Assembly: GCA_003223135.1 (NCBI GenBank)
Contig: QHXX01000018.1
Coordinates: 65,904 to 129,903 of the forward strand
DNA from: Acidobacteriota bacterium
GTDB lineage: Bacteria > Acidobacteriota > Polarisedimenticolia > Gp22-AA2
DNA length: 64,000 bases
Reading direction: 5' to 3'
Shown: positions 28,671 to 37,137 of the stretch, in pieces
Position numbering within the stretch: position 1 is the first letter of the stretch
How the letters are laid out: each line of letters opens with the position of its first letter
Program-made: the position numbers and the translations under genes
Notes under the pieces: generated by a model
The model's input: only the letters and a program-made list of their open reading frames with translations
The model's database searches: none
What the model was told of the DNA's origin: nothing

Positions 28671-30017
28671 TCAGCCCGAAATCTCTTCGAGTGTCCGGCC
28701 GCGGGTCTCCTCGCCGAGGACGGCGACTGACGCTGCGCCAGCAGCCAGAATGACGGAGAACATGATGAAGACGGCCGTGAAGCCGCCTCCCCAGTTGCCC
28801 ATCAGCTTGCCGACGGCGAGCGGGGCAAGGATACCGCCGATTCGGCCGAAGGCGGCGGCGAAACCGGTCCCGGTGCCGCGCAGCCAGGTGGGATAGAGCT
28901 CCGGTGTGTAGCCGTAGGTCACGCCCCAGGCCCCCAGGTTGAAGAACGACAGCAGGCATCCCCAGAGGAGGAGGTCGTGTTCCGTCCCGGCGCTGCCGAA
29001 GAAATACGACCCGAGGGCGCACAGGAGCATGAACGACGTGAGCGTCCTCTTGCGGCCGATCGTTTCGACGAGGTAGGCGGCGGCGAAGTAGCCGGGGATC
29101 TGCGCGAGGGTGATGATGAGCGTGAACTTGAACGACGTCGCGAGGGGAAATCCCCGGCCGGCCAGAAGAGTTGGAAGCCATGTGAAGATGCCGTAGTAAG
29201 AGTAGGCCATGGCGAACCAGAGGAGCCACAGCATCAGCGTTCGGCGGGCCAGACCCGCGCCGAAGAGGTCGCGCAGCCGCGCCCGGCGGGAAGTGGCCTC
29301 ATGCGAGTCGGGGGTCAGAGCCTCTCCCGGCGCGAGACCACTATCCTTCTCGATCGACCTGAGAACGGCCTCCGCCTGGTCCAGCCGGCCGCGAGACGCG
29401 AGGTAACGCGGCGACTCCGGGAGGGCCCGGCGCAGCACAAAAACGTAGAGCGCCGGGAGCGCCCCGACCAGGAACGAAGTTCGCCATGGGAAGGCGGACC
29501 CGGTCGACTCAGCCCGGCGGGCGAGGAACTCGGCGATGATCGCCGCTGCGGCCCAGCCGAACGCCCAGAACGACTCCAGCAGCACGACGAGGCGGCCGCG
29601 ATGCCTCGCGGGGGCAAACTCGCTCACCAGGGAGGCCGCGACCGGCAACTCTCCGCCCAGCCCCAACCCAACCAGAAAACGGATCAGCACCAGAGACGCG
29701 AGCCCTTGCGCCAAGGCACACAGGCCGGTGGAGACGCTGAAGATCAACAGGGTCATCTGGAAGATCGCCTTCCGGCCGAAGCGATCGGCGAGGCTCCCGG
29801 CCACCGCCCCGCCCAGGAACATCCCCGCCAGTCCGGCGCTGGTTGCGACCGCGATCTGATCGGGGCCCAGGTGCCACTCGATCTTCAGCCGTGCTACGAC
29901 GAACGACATGAGGCCGCTGTCCATCGAATCGAACAGCCAGCCGAGCCCGCTCAGAAGCAGGAGACGGTAATGAAAACCTGCCAGGGGAAGGCGGTCCAGC
30001 CTATCGGCGACCCGCAT
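28671..30017 (-). CDS. MFS transporter (aromatic acid/NiaP-like)
   Basis: GWLFDSMD, LADRFGRK, GLGGELPV, PESPRYL, YTPELYPT..RGTG. Confidence 0.9.
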   Translation of the reverse strand: MRVADRLDRLPLAGFHYRLLLLSGLGWLFDSMDSGLMSFVVARLKIEWHLGPDQIAVATSAGLAGMFLGGAVAGSLADRFGRKAIFQMTLLIFSVSTGLCALAQGLASLVLIRFLVGLGLGGELPVAASLVSEFAPARHRGRLVVLLESFWAFGWAAAAIIAEFLARRAESTGSAFPWRTSFLVGALPALYVFVLRRALPESPRYLASRGRLDQAEAVLRSIEKDSGLAPGEALTPDSHEATSRRARLRDLFGAGLARRTLMLWLLWFAMAYSYYGIFTWLPTLLAGRGFPLATSFKFTLIITLAQIPGYFAAAYLVETIGRKRTLTSFMLLCALGSYFFGSAGTEHDLLLWGCLLSFFNLGAWGVTYGYTPELYPTWLRGTGTGFAAAFGRIGGILAPLAVGKLMGNWGGGFTAVFIMFSVILAAGAASVAVLGEETRGRTLEEISG

Positions 30018-30033
30018 GCGGGTGGGAGAGTGG

Positions 30034-31080
30034 CTAGCTGACTTCGGGCGAAGACGTGATCTTGTTGCGCGCGACCAGGGGGGACGGGAAGGGCAGCGGT
30101 TCACGCGTCCGTCCCGGCTGGCTGGAGGCGACGTTCTCCGAGCCGCTCGCGGCGGCGCCTGGGACCAGGTCCGAACCGGCCGTCGAGGACGGGGCGGCAG
30201 ACGTCGGGGCGAATGCGGCCAGGGCTTCGGCGTTCATCAGGAACTTGAGGCAGCGGATTAGAATGTCGCGCATCTCGCGCCGCTCGACGATGAAATCCAG
30301 CATACCGTGCTCCACGAGAAACTCGGAACGCTGGAACTCCTCGGGTAGCTTCTCCCGGATCGTCTGCTCGATGACCCGGGGGCCAGCGAAGCCGATGAGC
30401 GCCTTCGGTTCGGCAATGTTCAGGTCGCCGAGCATTGCGAACGAAGCGGTCACGCCCCCGGTTGTCGGATCGGTCAGGATCGAGATGTAGGGCACCCGTG
30501 CCTCGTGCAGCTTGCCGAGCGCGGCGCTGATCTTGGCCATCTGCATCAGCGACAGCACCCCTTCCTGCATGCGCGCTCCGCCGGAGCAGCAGATGATGAC
30601 GAGGGGAATCCGTTCATCCAGAGCACGCTCGATCGCCCGGGTGACCTTCTCGCCCACTGCCGAACCCATCGATCCACCCATGAAGCCGTATTCCATGACC
30701 GCCATCATGACCTGGAGGCCGCCGATGGTCCCCCGGGCGTTGATGATGGCATCGTTCAGGCCGGTCTTCTCCCTGTATTCCCGAAGTCGGTCCCGGTAGC
30801 TCTTCACGTCCCGGAACTTGAGAGAATCGACTGAGTAGATGTCGGTATCCACCTCCTGGTAACGGGCGTCGTCGAACAGGGCCGAGAGACGCTCGCGGGC
30901 CGAGATGCGGAAGTGGTAATTGCACTTCGGGCAGACGTTGGCGTTCCGGAGGACTTCCTTCTTATAGATGATTTCCTTGCAGCCGTTGCACTTGACCCAC
31001 AGTCCCTCGGGGACCTGGATCCGCTTGTGTTCGACCGGCTGTTTGGGCTTCCTGATCTTCTTAAACCACGCGATTTCCAT
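30034..31080 (-). CDS. accD: Acetyl-CoA carboxylase carboxyltransferase beta subunit
   Basis: WVKCNGC...CPKC Zn finger, FMGGSMGS, SGGARMQEG, PTTGGVTASFA, GFAGPRVIEQT. Confidence 0.97.
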   Translation of the reverse strand: MEIAWFKKIRKPKQPVEHKRIQVPEGLWVKCNGCKEIIYKKEVLRNANVCPKCNYHFRISARERLSALFDDARYQEVDTDIYSVDSLKFRDVKSYRDRLREYREKTGLNDAIINARGTIGGLQVMMAVMEYGFMGGSMGSAVGEKVTRAIERALDERIPLVIICCSGGARMQEGVLSLMQMAKISAALGKLHEARVPYISILTDPTTGGVTASFAMLGDLNIAEPKALIGFAGPRVIEQTIREKLPEEFQRSEFLVEHGMLDFIVERREMRDILIRCLKFLMNAEALAAFAPTSAAPSSTAGSDLVPGAAASGSENVASSQPGRTREPLPFPSPLVARNKITSSPEVS

Positions 31081-31481
31081 CTCGTCCTATCCCTCGAGGC
31101 GGGGTCAACGGCCAGAGAGTGGCGAGGATCATATCGCCACCGGGAGGCACGGTCAAGAAAAGCCTTCCGGGACGGGTCAAAGTCCGGCCAGCCGGGCCGC
31201 ATCCGACTGCACAGACTCGCAACATGCCTCGGGCAATTCCGAACGACGGGTGGACACGTCTAGTAAAGCTATTGTTCTCATACACATAGTATATGCCATG
31301 AGCTCCCACTGACGAAAACCTGGGCAGTTGGTGTGCGAGAGCTGGTCACTCCGACGGGGGACTCGCAGAGCATCAGGCCGCACCGGACAAGATTGATCTG
31401 CCCTGATCATCCATCGCAATAATCAGGAAATGAGCTAGTTAGGAAATCATGAGCAGGCTTGTACAGGGGTGCCGGACGGGA

Positions 31482-31497
31482 TGGCACCACCCTTGCT
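31482..31497 (+). promoter_or_regulatory. Sigma-54 (-24/-12) promoter
   Basis: TGGCACCACCCTTGCT = GG-N10-GC with TGGCAC and TTGC; predicted start near 31508, at the 5' end of the riboswitch. Confidence 0.8.
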
Positions 31498-31509
31498 CTT
31501 ATTGAAGCG

Positions 31510-31592
31510 ACCAGTCGTGAAGGCCAAACCACTCGCGAGGGTGGGACGGAAAGCCAACGGGTCTCTTGAAGACGGCCGGGTTGCCAGCTGGG
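31510..31592 (+). ncRNA. c-di-GMP-I (GEMM) riboswitch aptamer
   Basis: GGCCAAACC-ACTC-GCGA-GGGTGGGACGGAAAGCC...CGGGTCT...AGACGGCCGGGTTGCC: P2 CCACTC/GGGTGG capped by a GNRA loop, conserved AAACC, GGGACGSAAAG and GGTTGCC; sits in the 5' UTR of the S8 gene. Confidence 0.9.
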
Positions 31593-31627
31593 CGGCTCAA
31601 ACCGCCCGCTGTCGGTCAGGAGGCGCC

Positions 31628-33631
31628 ATGTCGAGAGGGGCCCGATCAGACCGCAGCCAGGGAAATCGCCACGGGTTCTGGGGCCGCTTCGTCCGCGCCG
31701 CCACCAACGCCCTCGTCGCAGTCCTTTTTATCACGCTGTCATTCCCTTCCGCGTTCGCCGAGAAAGGGAAGAAGGCGGGAGTCGCCTCGGATCTGCGGGA
31801 AGAATTCCGGAGTGGGTCACCGTCCGACAGGGTCCGCCTGGTGGTGACCCTGAACGGCGCCGATCCAGTTTATGTCGCCAACAGGGTTTATGAACTGGGC
31901 GGCAAGGCTGGACGCCATCTCAAGAACGTCGACGAGATGGCTCTTGAGCTGCCGCTCGGGTCTGTGCCTGACTTGGCGGAAATCGAGGGACTCGAGTATA
32001 TCGCTCCTGATCGTCAAGTCACGGGTCTTGCGAGCCATATCGAGGTTACGACCGGTGCCAGTCAGGTCTATCCGGTGTCGGGCGGCACCCTCAGCACCCT
32101 TCTGTCACTGACCGGCCTCGACGGGTCGGGCGTCGCGGTAGCGATCCTGGACTCGGGAATCGACGCCGACCATTTCGACCTGAAGGACGACAAGGGCAGG
32201 CGCCATGTCGTCCTCTCGTCGGATTTCACGGGCCGCGGAGGCCTGGATGACCCGTACGGCCACGGAACCAACGTCGCCGGGCTCATCGCCGGCGACGGCA
32301 GCTCGGCGTCCACGATCGGGCGTGACTACACCGGTATCGCGCCGGGCGCGAACCTCATCAACTTCAAAGTCCTCGACGAGAATGGGCGGGGCTACGTCAG
32401 TAGCGTCGTAGCGGCCATCGACCAGGCGATCTCCCTCCGCTATTATTACAACATTAAGGTCATCAACCTCTCGCTCGCGGCCCCGCCGGTCGACTCGTAC
32501 GTCAACGATCCCATGTGCAAGGCTGTCGAGCGGGCGACCCGGGCCGGGATCGTGGTCGTGGCGGCGGCCGGAAACTTCGGCCAGGACTCGAACGGCAAGA
32601 AGGTCTATGGCGGCATCACCTCCCCCGGCATCTCGCCGTCGGCGATCACCGTCGGCGCGACGAACACACGTGGCACCGACGTCCGATCGGATGACACGGT
32701 GGCGCCCTACTCCTCCCGCGGCCCGACGCTGGCACACACGACCGACCCGGTGACCGGCCAGGTCACCTACGACAATCTGGTGAAGCCGGACCTGGTGGCG
32801 CCCGGAACCCGTCTTGTGTCGCTTGAGCGGTACGGCAATCTCCTGGTGAGCTACTACCCGGTCCTGCACGTCGACACCGGCAACAACGTCAACAACAAGA
32901 GCCGGTACATGATGTTGACCGGCACATCGATGGCGAGCGGCGTGGTCTCCGGCGCCGTGGCGCTCATGATGCAGGCGAACCCGGGCCTGACCCCCAACCA
33001 GGTGAAGGCGATCCTGATGTACTCCGCCCAGATCATGGACGGCGAGGGTCTGTTCGAGCAGGGCGCCGGAATGCTGAACATCGAGGGCGCAGTGCGACTG
33101 GCGAAGGCGGCCAACCGCTTCGCCTATGCCCTGCCCGCCGGCGCGAATTTGATGTCCCTTGGAGCGCTGCCGGCGCCGGCGCAGACGACCGTCGCAGGCG
33201 AGACCTTCGCCTGGAGCCAAGGCCTCATCTGGGGCATCGGCATGCTGCGCGGTGAAGCGATTCTCACGACGCAGCAGCTCGCCTACGCACAGTCGCTGAT
33301 CTGGGGCATCGGCAGGCTCGATTCGTGGGGCGTGGGCGTCACTTACTACGACGGCCTGTTCTCCGACTCCTACGTCGTGTTCGGCAAGGGCAACCAGTGG
33401 AACTATGTCTCCTGGACCGCCGGTACGCCGCAGTCGAGCGGCCTCATCTGGTCCGATCGCCTCTACGGCTCCGGTCTCATCTGGGCGAACCAGCTGATTT
33501 CGAACGATTTCTTCGACGTCTCGTCCACCAGCCTGATCTGGGGCATCCGCGGCTACGGCGGCTCTGACTTGAGCCTCATCTGGGGCCTGCAGGACGCCGG
33601 GCTCATCTGGGGGATCGCCAATGCCTGGTGA
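31628..33631 (+). CDS. Secreted subtilisin-like S8 serine protease with C-terminal [G/S]LIW[G/S/A] repeats
   Basis: AGGAGG RBS; signal peptide ending AFA; prodomain; triad ILDSGID / HGTNVAG / GTSMAS; oxyanion AAGN. Confidence 0.92.
   Translation: MSRGARSDRSQGNRHGFWGRFVRAATNALVAVLFITLSFPSAFAEKGKKAGVASDLREEFRSGSPSDRVRLVVTLNGADPVYVANRVYELGGKAGRHLKNVDEMALELPLGSVPDLAEIEGLEYIAPDRQVTGLASHIEVTTGASQVYPVSGGTLSTLLSLTGLDGSGVAVAILDSGIDADHFDLKDDKGRRHVVLSSDFTGRGGLDDPYGHGTNVAGLIAGDGSSASTIGRDYTGIAPGANLINFKVLDENGRGYVSSVVAAIDQAISLRYYYNIKVINLSLAAPPVDSYVNDPMCKAVERATRAGIVVVAAAGNFGQDSNGKKVYGGITSPGISPSAITVGATNTRGTDVRSDDTVAPYSSRGPTLAHTTDPVTGQVTYDNLVKPDLVAPGTRLVSLERYGNLLVSYYPVLHVDTGNNVNNKSRYMMLTGTSMASGVVSGAVALMMQANPGLTPNQVKAILMYSAQIMDGEGLFEQGAGMLNIEGAVRLAKAANRFAYALPAGANLMSLGALPAPAQTTVAGETFAWSQGLIWGIGMLRGEAILTTQQLAYAQSLIWGIGRLDSWGVGVTYYDGLFSDSYVVFGKGNQWNYVSWTAGTPQSSGLIWSDRLYGSGLIWANQLISNDFFDVSSTSLIWGIRGYGGSDLSLIWGLQDAGLIWGIANAW
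33221..33619 (+). repeat. Seven dispersed copies of a motif encoding [G/S]LIW[G/S/A] (DNA core ct[c/g]atctgg)
   Basis: Leu codons at 33224, 33296, 33443, 33476, 33533, 33575, 33602. Confidence 0.85.
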
Positions 33632-33659
33632 CGCCATGGATCCCCGGAGAGACGCGGAC

Positions 33660-34373
33660 ATGAAAGGGAACGTGTTCATCGGTGCGGTGGCGGCAGTCGG
33701 GGCGGCGGTCCTGGGCCAGAGCCTCTATCACGTGGCCGCGGACGGATTCGAGGCGAAGCACCTGGCGTGGCTCGGGATCGCAGTCCTCACCCTCCTCGTC
33801 GGCCGGCTCTCCGTCAAGCTGCCGCTGCCGCACTGCCGGGTGTCGTTCGCGGACGCCTTTGTCTTTCTTTCGGTCATGGTGTTCGGCGGCGACCTGGCGA
33901 CCATGACGGCGGCTCTCGACGGTTTCGCGTCGTCCAGCCGGGGAAAGGGTACCTGGCACAAGAAGGTATTCAACACGGCCGCGATGGCGTTGTCCGTCAA
34001 CCTGGCGGCGCGCGTGTTCACCCGATTGGTTCCGCAGAATGGGCAGTGGGGCATGCACGTGACCCTCGTGGACCTGCTGTTGCCCGTGGCGGCGCTGGCC
34101 TTCACGCAGTACGTGCTCAACACGGCCCTGGTGTCCGGCGTCGTGGCGCTCAAGGAGCGCCAGTCGCTGGTGGCGATTTGGCAGGACTCCTCGCCCTGGG
34201 CCGGCACGGCGTACCTTGCCGGCTCGGTGGCGGCGGCAATCGTCTTCCTGGTCGTCCGGGAACTCGGAGTCGTGTCTGCTTTCGCAATCCTCCCGTTCCC
34301 GGCTATTCTGTACCTCACATACCGCGCCTGTCTGGACAGGCTTGTGAGGACGAAAGGGGGGATGACCCTCTAG
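33660..34373 (+). CDS. Stand-alone multi-TM sensor-type membrane protein (MASE9-like)
   Basis: GGAGAG RBS; about 7-8 hydrophobic segments; S..DAFVF....FG...A...A...KKVFN and LNT.LV pattern typical of the membrane N-terminus of HD-GYP/GGDEF proteins; no cytoplasmic domain. Confidence 0.7.
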   Translation: MKGNVFIGAVAAVGAAVLGQSLYHVAADGFEAKHLAWLGIAVLTLLVGRLSVKLPLPHCRVSFADAFVFLSVMVFGGDLATMTAALDGFASSSRGKGTWHKKVFNTAAMALSVNLAARVFTRLVPQNGQWGMHVTLVDLLLPVAALAFTQYVLNTALVSGVVALKERQSLVAIWQDSSPWAGTAYLAGSVAAAIVFLVVRELGVVSAFAILPFPAILYLTYRACLDRLVRTKGGMTL

Positions 34374-34422
34374 GCGAACCGTGTTGAGCTGATGAGCTGA
34401 CTCGCAGGCGACCCCTGCGGAT

Positions 34423-34458
34423 GCCGGCCCCGTTGGCAGCGGGGCCGGCGCTTTTTTT
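34423..34458 (+). terminator. Intrinsic terminator closing the protease-membrane protein operon
   Basis: GCCGGCCCCG-TTGGCAG-CGGGGCCGGC followed by GC and T7. Confidence 0.9.
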
Positions 34459-34778
34459 GGTGGGGTGCGGCAGAGACCGCGCTCCATCGCGCGTGATGAA
34501 CTAGTCGCGTCGGAGTCGATGCGCGGAAATCGCACACGCGGGGCTCAGAGTGATGCGACCTGGACACGTCCGCAGCCGGACATCATCACTGGATCCAACA
34601 GTTGAAGAACCGTCGTCGGCCCGATGCCTGGATGTGTGTGAGGTTTGTACAGCGCGCCTCCAAATCTATTGACGGTGATCATCTTGAGCCGTCGCCACCT
34701 TTCTGGCGCCGAGGTCTAACCCTCGCTGTTCCTTCACTTGCAGGCGCCCCCCGGACGTGGTGGTGATCGGATTGGACG

Positions 34779-34794
34779 TGGCACGGCCGTTGCG
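34779..34794 (+). promoter_or_regulatory. Sigma-54 (-24/-12) promoter
   Basis: TGGCACGGCCGTTGCG matches the core consensus TGGCACG-N4-TTGC; about 80 nt upstream of ATG 34874. Confidence 0.82.
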
Positions 34795-34873
34795 AATAAA
34801 GGCGACAACGGCGGCGCTCTGTCCGGCTCGGCCGACAGTCACCCATCAGGGGAGCAAGAGTTTCAAGGAGACC

Positions 34874-37012
34874 ATGCGGATCAGCGGACCGGGAGGAAGG
34901 CTCTATCTCATGGCCGTCGCGGCGGCCGGCGCGGCCCTGCTGGGCACCGCGGCCGCGGCCCTGTCGCTCCTCCTGATCGGCCAGATCGGCCTCGTCTCCT
35001 GCGTGGTCGTTCCACCCATCCTGCTGCTCGCGGTCTTGGTCTACCGCTCGTACAAGAGCCAGGCTTCGGAAAACCTGAAGCGTCTGGATGACCTGATGCA
35101 GGTGCACCTGTCGACCATCGAGGCTCTGGCGCTCGCCATCGACGCCAAGGACCCGCACGCGCAGGGACACACGCGCCGGGTGCAGGCGTACGCACTCGAG
35201 CTGGCGCGGCGGCTGCGGGTCCCGCGTCAGGACTACGAAGCGGTGAGCGCGGGGGCGCTGCTGCACGACATCGGCAAGCTGGCGATCCCGGACCACCTGC
35301 TCAACAAGCCCGGCAAGCTCTCGGACATGGAGTACCAGAAAGTCAAGGCCCACCCGTCCGTGGCCGCCGACATCCTGGCGAACGTGCACTTCCCGTATCC
35401 GGTGCTGCCCGCGGTGCGACACCACCACGAGCGCTGGGACGGGTCGGGCTACCCCGACGGCCTGCGCGGAGAGGAGATCCCGCTCGCGGCCCGCATCCTC
35501 ACCGTGGCCGACTCGCTCGAGGCGCTGACCTCCGACCGGGCGTGGCGGGGACGGAAGTCACCCGAGGAGGCCTGCTCCCTCATCGAAGCGTGGTCGGGAA
35601 TCCAATTCGATCCGGCGGTGGTGACGGTGCTGCGGAAAAGCCTTTCCGAGGTGATCGGCGCGGTCAGCGCCGTTCCGGAGCCGCGCAGGAGCGATGCGGC
35701 GGACGCACGGGCGCGCCTCGAGGAGGCCCTGGCGCGTATCGATTCGACCGGAATCTGGAACGGCCCGCCCGCTTCGGACGAGGAGGATCCGGGCGGGTTT
35801 GGCGACAGTCTGCACCTCGGCATCGGCGCGGAGCGGGCGCCCGCTCCCCAGCAGGCTGGCGGCGTGCCGGGCGTCGCGTCCGCGTCGGAGACGGGGACGA
35901 GCGTCTGGCTGGAGCGGGACGCCAGCGGCGCCATCGTCGGGCGCCAGACTTCCGTCCTGGGCTCCATCTCCTCGGCGCATCGCGAGGTCTACGCGCTGTA
36001 CGAGATCGCGCAGACGCTCGGGTCATCGCTACGCCTGTCGGAGGTGCTGGATCTGGTCGCAGCGAAGATCGGCCAGCTCGTTCCTTACCGCACCTGCGTC
36101 ATTTACCTCCTGGAGGACGACCACGAGGCGCTGTCGGCGCGGTTCGCGTCCGGCGCCAACGTCGAGCACCTGCGCGGACGATCGCTGCAGGTGGGCGAGG
36201 GGATCACCGGGTGGGCGGCAAGCCAGAAGAGCAACCGTTTCTCCAGCAGCCCCGACCTCGACCTGTCGGGCACCGAAGTCGACCCCTCGGAGTACTCGAC
36301 GGTGGCGGCTTTCCCGCTCATCCAGGACGGCAAGGCGCTCGGAGTGATCACCCTCTATTTCCCGAAGGGTGTCCCGTGCCTGGACGATTACATCCGCATG
36401 ATGGACATCATCGCCAAGCTCGCGGCCGCGGCGGTCTTCAACGGCACGATGTTCGCGGAGACGCAGGAGTCGGCGCTGACGGACGTCCTGACCAACCTGC
36501 CGAACTCGCGTTACCTGCGACAGGCGTTCGAGCAGGAGAAGGTGCGCAGCCAGCAGGCCGGCCAGCCGATGGCGTTCCTGGAGGCCGACCTGGACGACTT
36601 CAAAACGATCAACGATCGATACGGCCACAATATCGGCGACCGCTACCTGTCCGAGATCAGCCGCGTCCTCAAGAGCCACCTGCGCGAGCGTGACATCCTC
36701 GTGCGTCTGTCGGGCGACGAGTTCGCCGCCCTTTTGCCGATGACCGGCTTCGCCCAGGCGGCCCTCCTGGCCGAGCGCCTGCAGCAGGCGGTCGACCTGT
36801 TCACGCTGCGCCTGGAGGAGGGAAAGGTGGCACGTTCGGGGCTGTCGATCGGCATCGCCCTCTATCCGGTGGACGGCGAGGGGTTCGAGGACCTCCTGGT
36901 GCGCGCCGACCACAACATGTATCAGAACAAGGCCGCCCGCAAGAACGCCCGCCTCGAGCGCGCCCCCAACATCCTTCCGTTCCCGATCAAGAGCCCGGGT
37001 AAGATCGGCTAG
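34874..37012 (+). CDS. Membrane-tethered HD-GYP + GAF + GGDEF c-di-GMP turnover protein
   Basis: AAGGAG RBS; AIDAKD..GH..RV, LLHDIGK, HHHERWDGSGYPDG; GAF (GEGITGW); DLDDFKTINDRYGHNIGD, RERD I-site, SGDEF. Confidence 0.92.
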   Translation: MRISGPGGRLYLMAVAAAGAALLGTAAAALSLLLIGQIGLVSCVVVPPILLLAVLVYRSYKSQASENLKRLDDLMQVHLSTIEALALAIDAKDPHAQGHTRRVQAYALELARRLRVPRQDYEAVSAGALLHDIGKLAIPDHLLNKPGKLSDMEYQKVKAHPSVAADILANVHFPYPVLPAVRHHHERWDGSGYPDGLRGEEIPLAARILTVADSLEALTSDRAWRGRKSPEEACSLIEAWSGIQFDPAVVTVLRKSLSEVIGAVSAVPEPRRSDAADARARLEEALARIDSTGIWNGPPASDEEDPGGFGDSLHLGIGAERAPAPQQAGGVPGVASASETGTSVWLERDASGAIVGRQTSVLGSISSAHREVYALYEIAQTLGSSLRLSEVLDLVAAKIGQLVPYRTCVIYLLEDDHEALSARFASGANVEHLRGRSLQVGEGITGWAASQKSNRFSSSPDLDLSGTEVDPSEYSTVAAFPLIQDGKALGVITLYFPKGVPCLDDYIRMMDIIAKLAAAAVFNGTMFAETQESALTDVLTNLPNSRYLRQAFEQEKVRSQQAGQPMAFLEADLDDFKTINDRYGHNIGDRYLSEISRVLKSHLRERDILVRLSGDEFAALLPMTGFAQAALLAERLQQAVDLFTLRLEEGKVARSGLSIGIALYPVDGEGFEDLLVRADHNMYQNKAARKNARLERAPNILPFPIKSPGKIG

Positions 37013-37137
37013 CCGGCCATATCCGCGGTCCGCCGGCACCCCCGCCCCGCGGCGGCCCCCGCTTGCAGTCGTGCTACTCTCCACGTCCGGTCCGCTGCGC
37101 ATCTGGTTGATCCTGCGCGGCGTCCAAGGAGGCGTCG

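Noticed and set aside
31061..31419. Small minus-strand ORFs across the AT-richer patch upstream of accD
   Set aside because: No motifs or convincing RBS; better explained as the divergent regulatory region of accD and the sigma-54 promoter
31418..31455. IHF site between the putative enhancer and the sigma-54 promoter
   Set aside because: AT-rich with AATCA half-matches, but it does not fit WATCAANNNNTTR well enough to call
31510..31592. Riboswitch as a 3',3'-cGAMP (GEMM-Ib) sensor with a Hypr-type GGDEF
   Set aside because: The scaffold resembles Geobacter-type aptamers, but the discriminator base is G rather than A, and both GGDEF proteins have Asp (GH..GD), not Ser, at the specificity position
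33221..33619. LIW-coding DNA repeats as a CRISPR array
   Set aside because: Short, irregularly spaced, in frame within a CDS and varying at synonymous positions; no cas genes
33660..37012. Membrane protein and HD-GYP gene as one frameshifted or broken gene
   Set aside because: They are separated by 500 bp containing a terminator and a sigma-54 promoter, and the enzyme has its own RBS and membrane anchor
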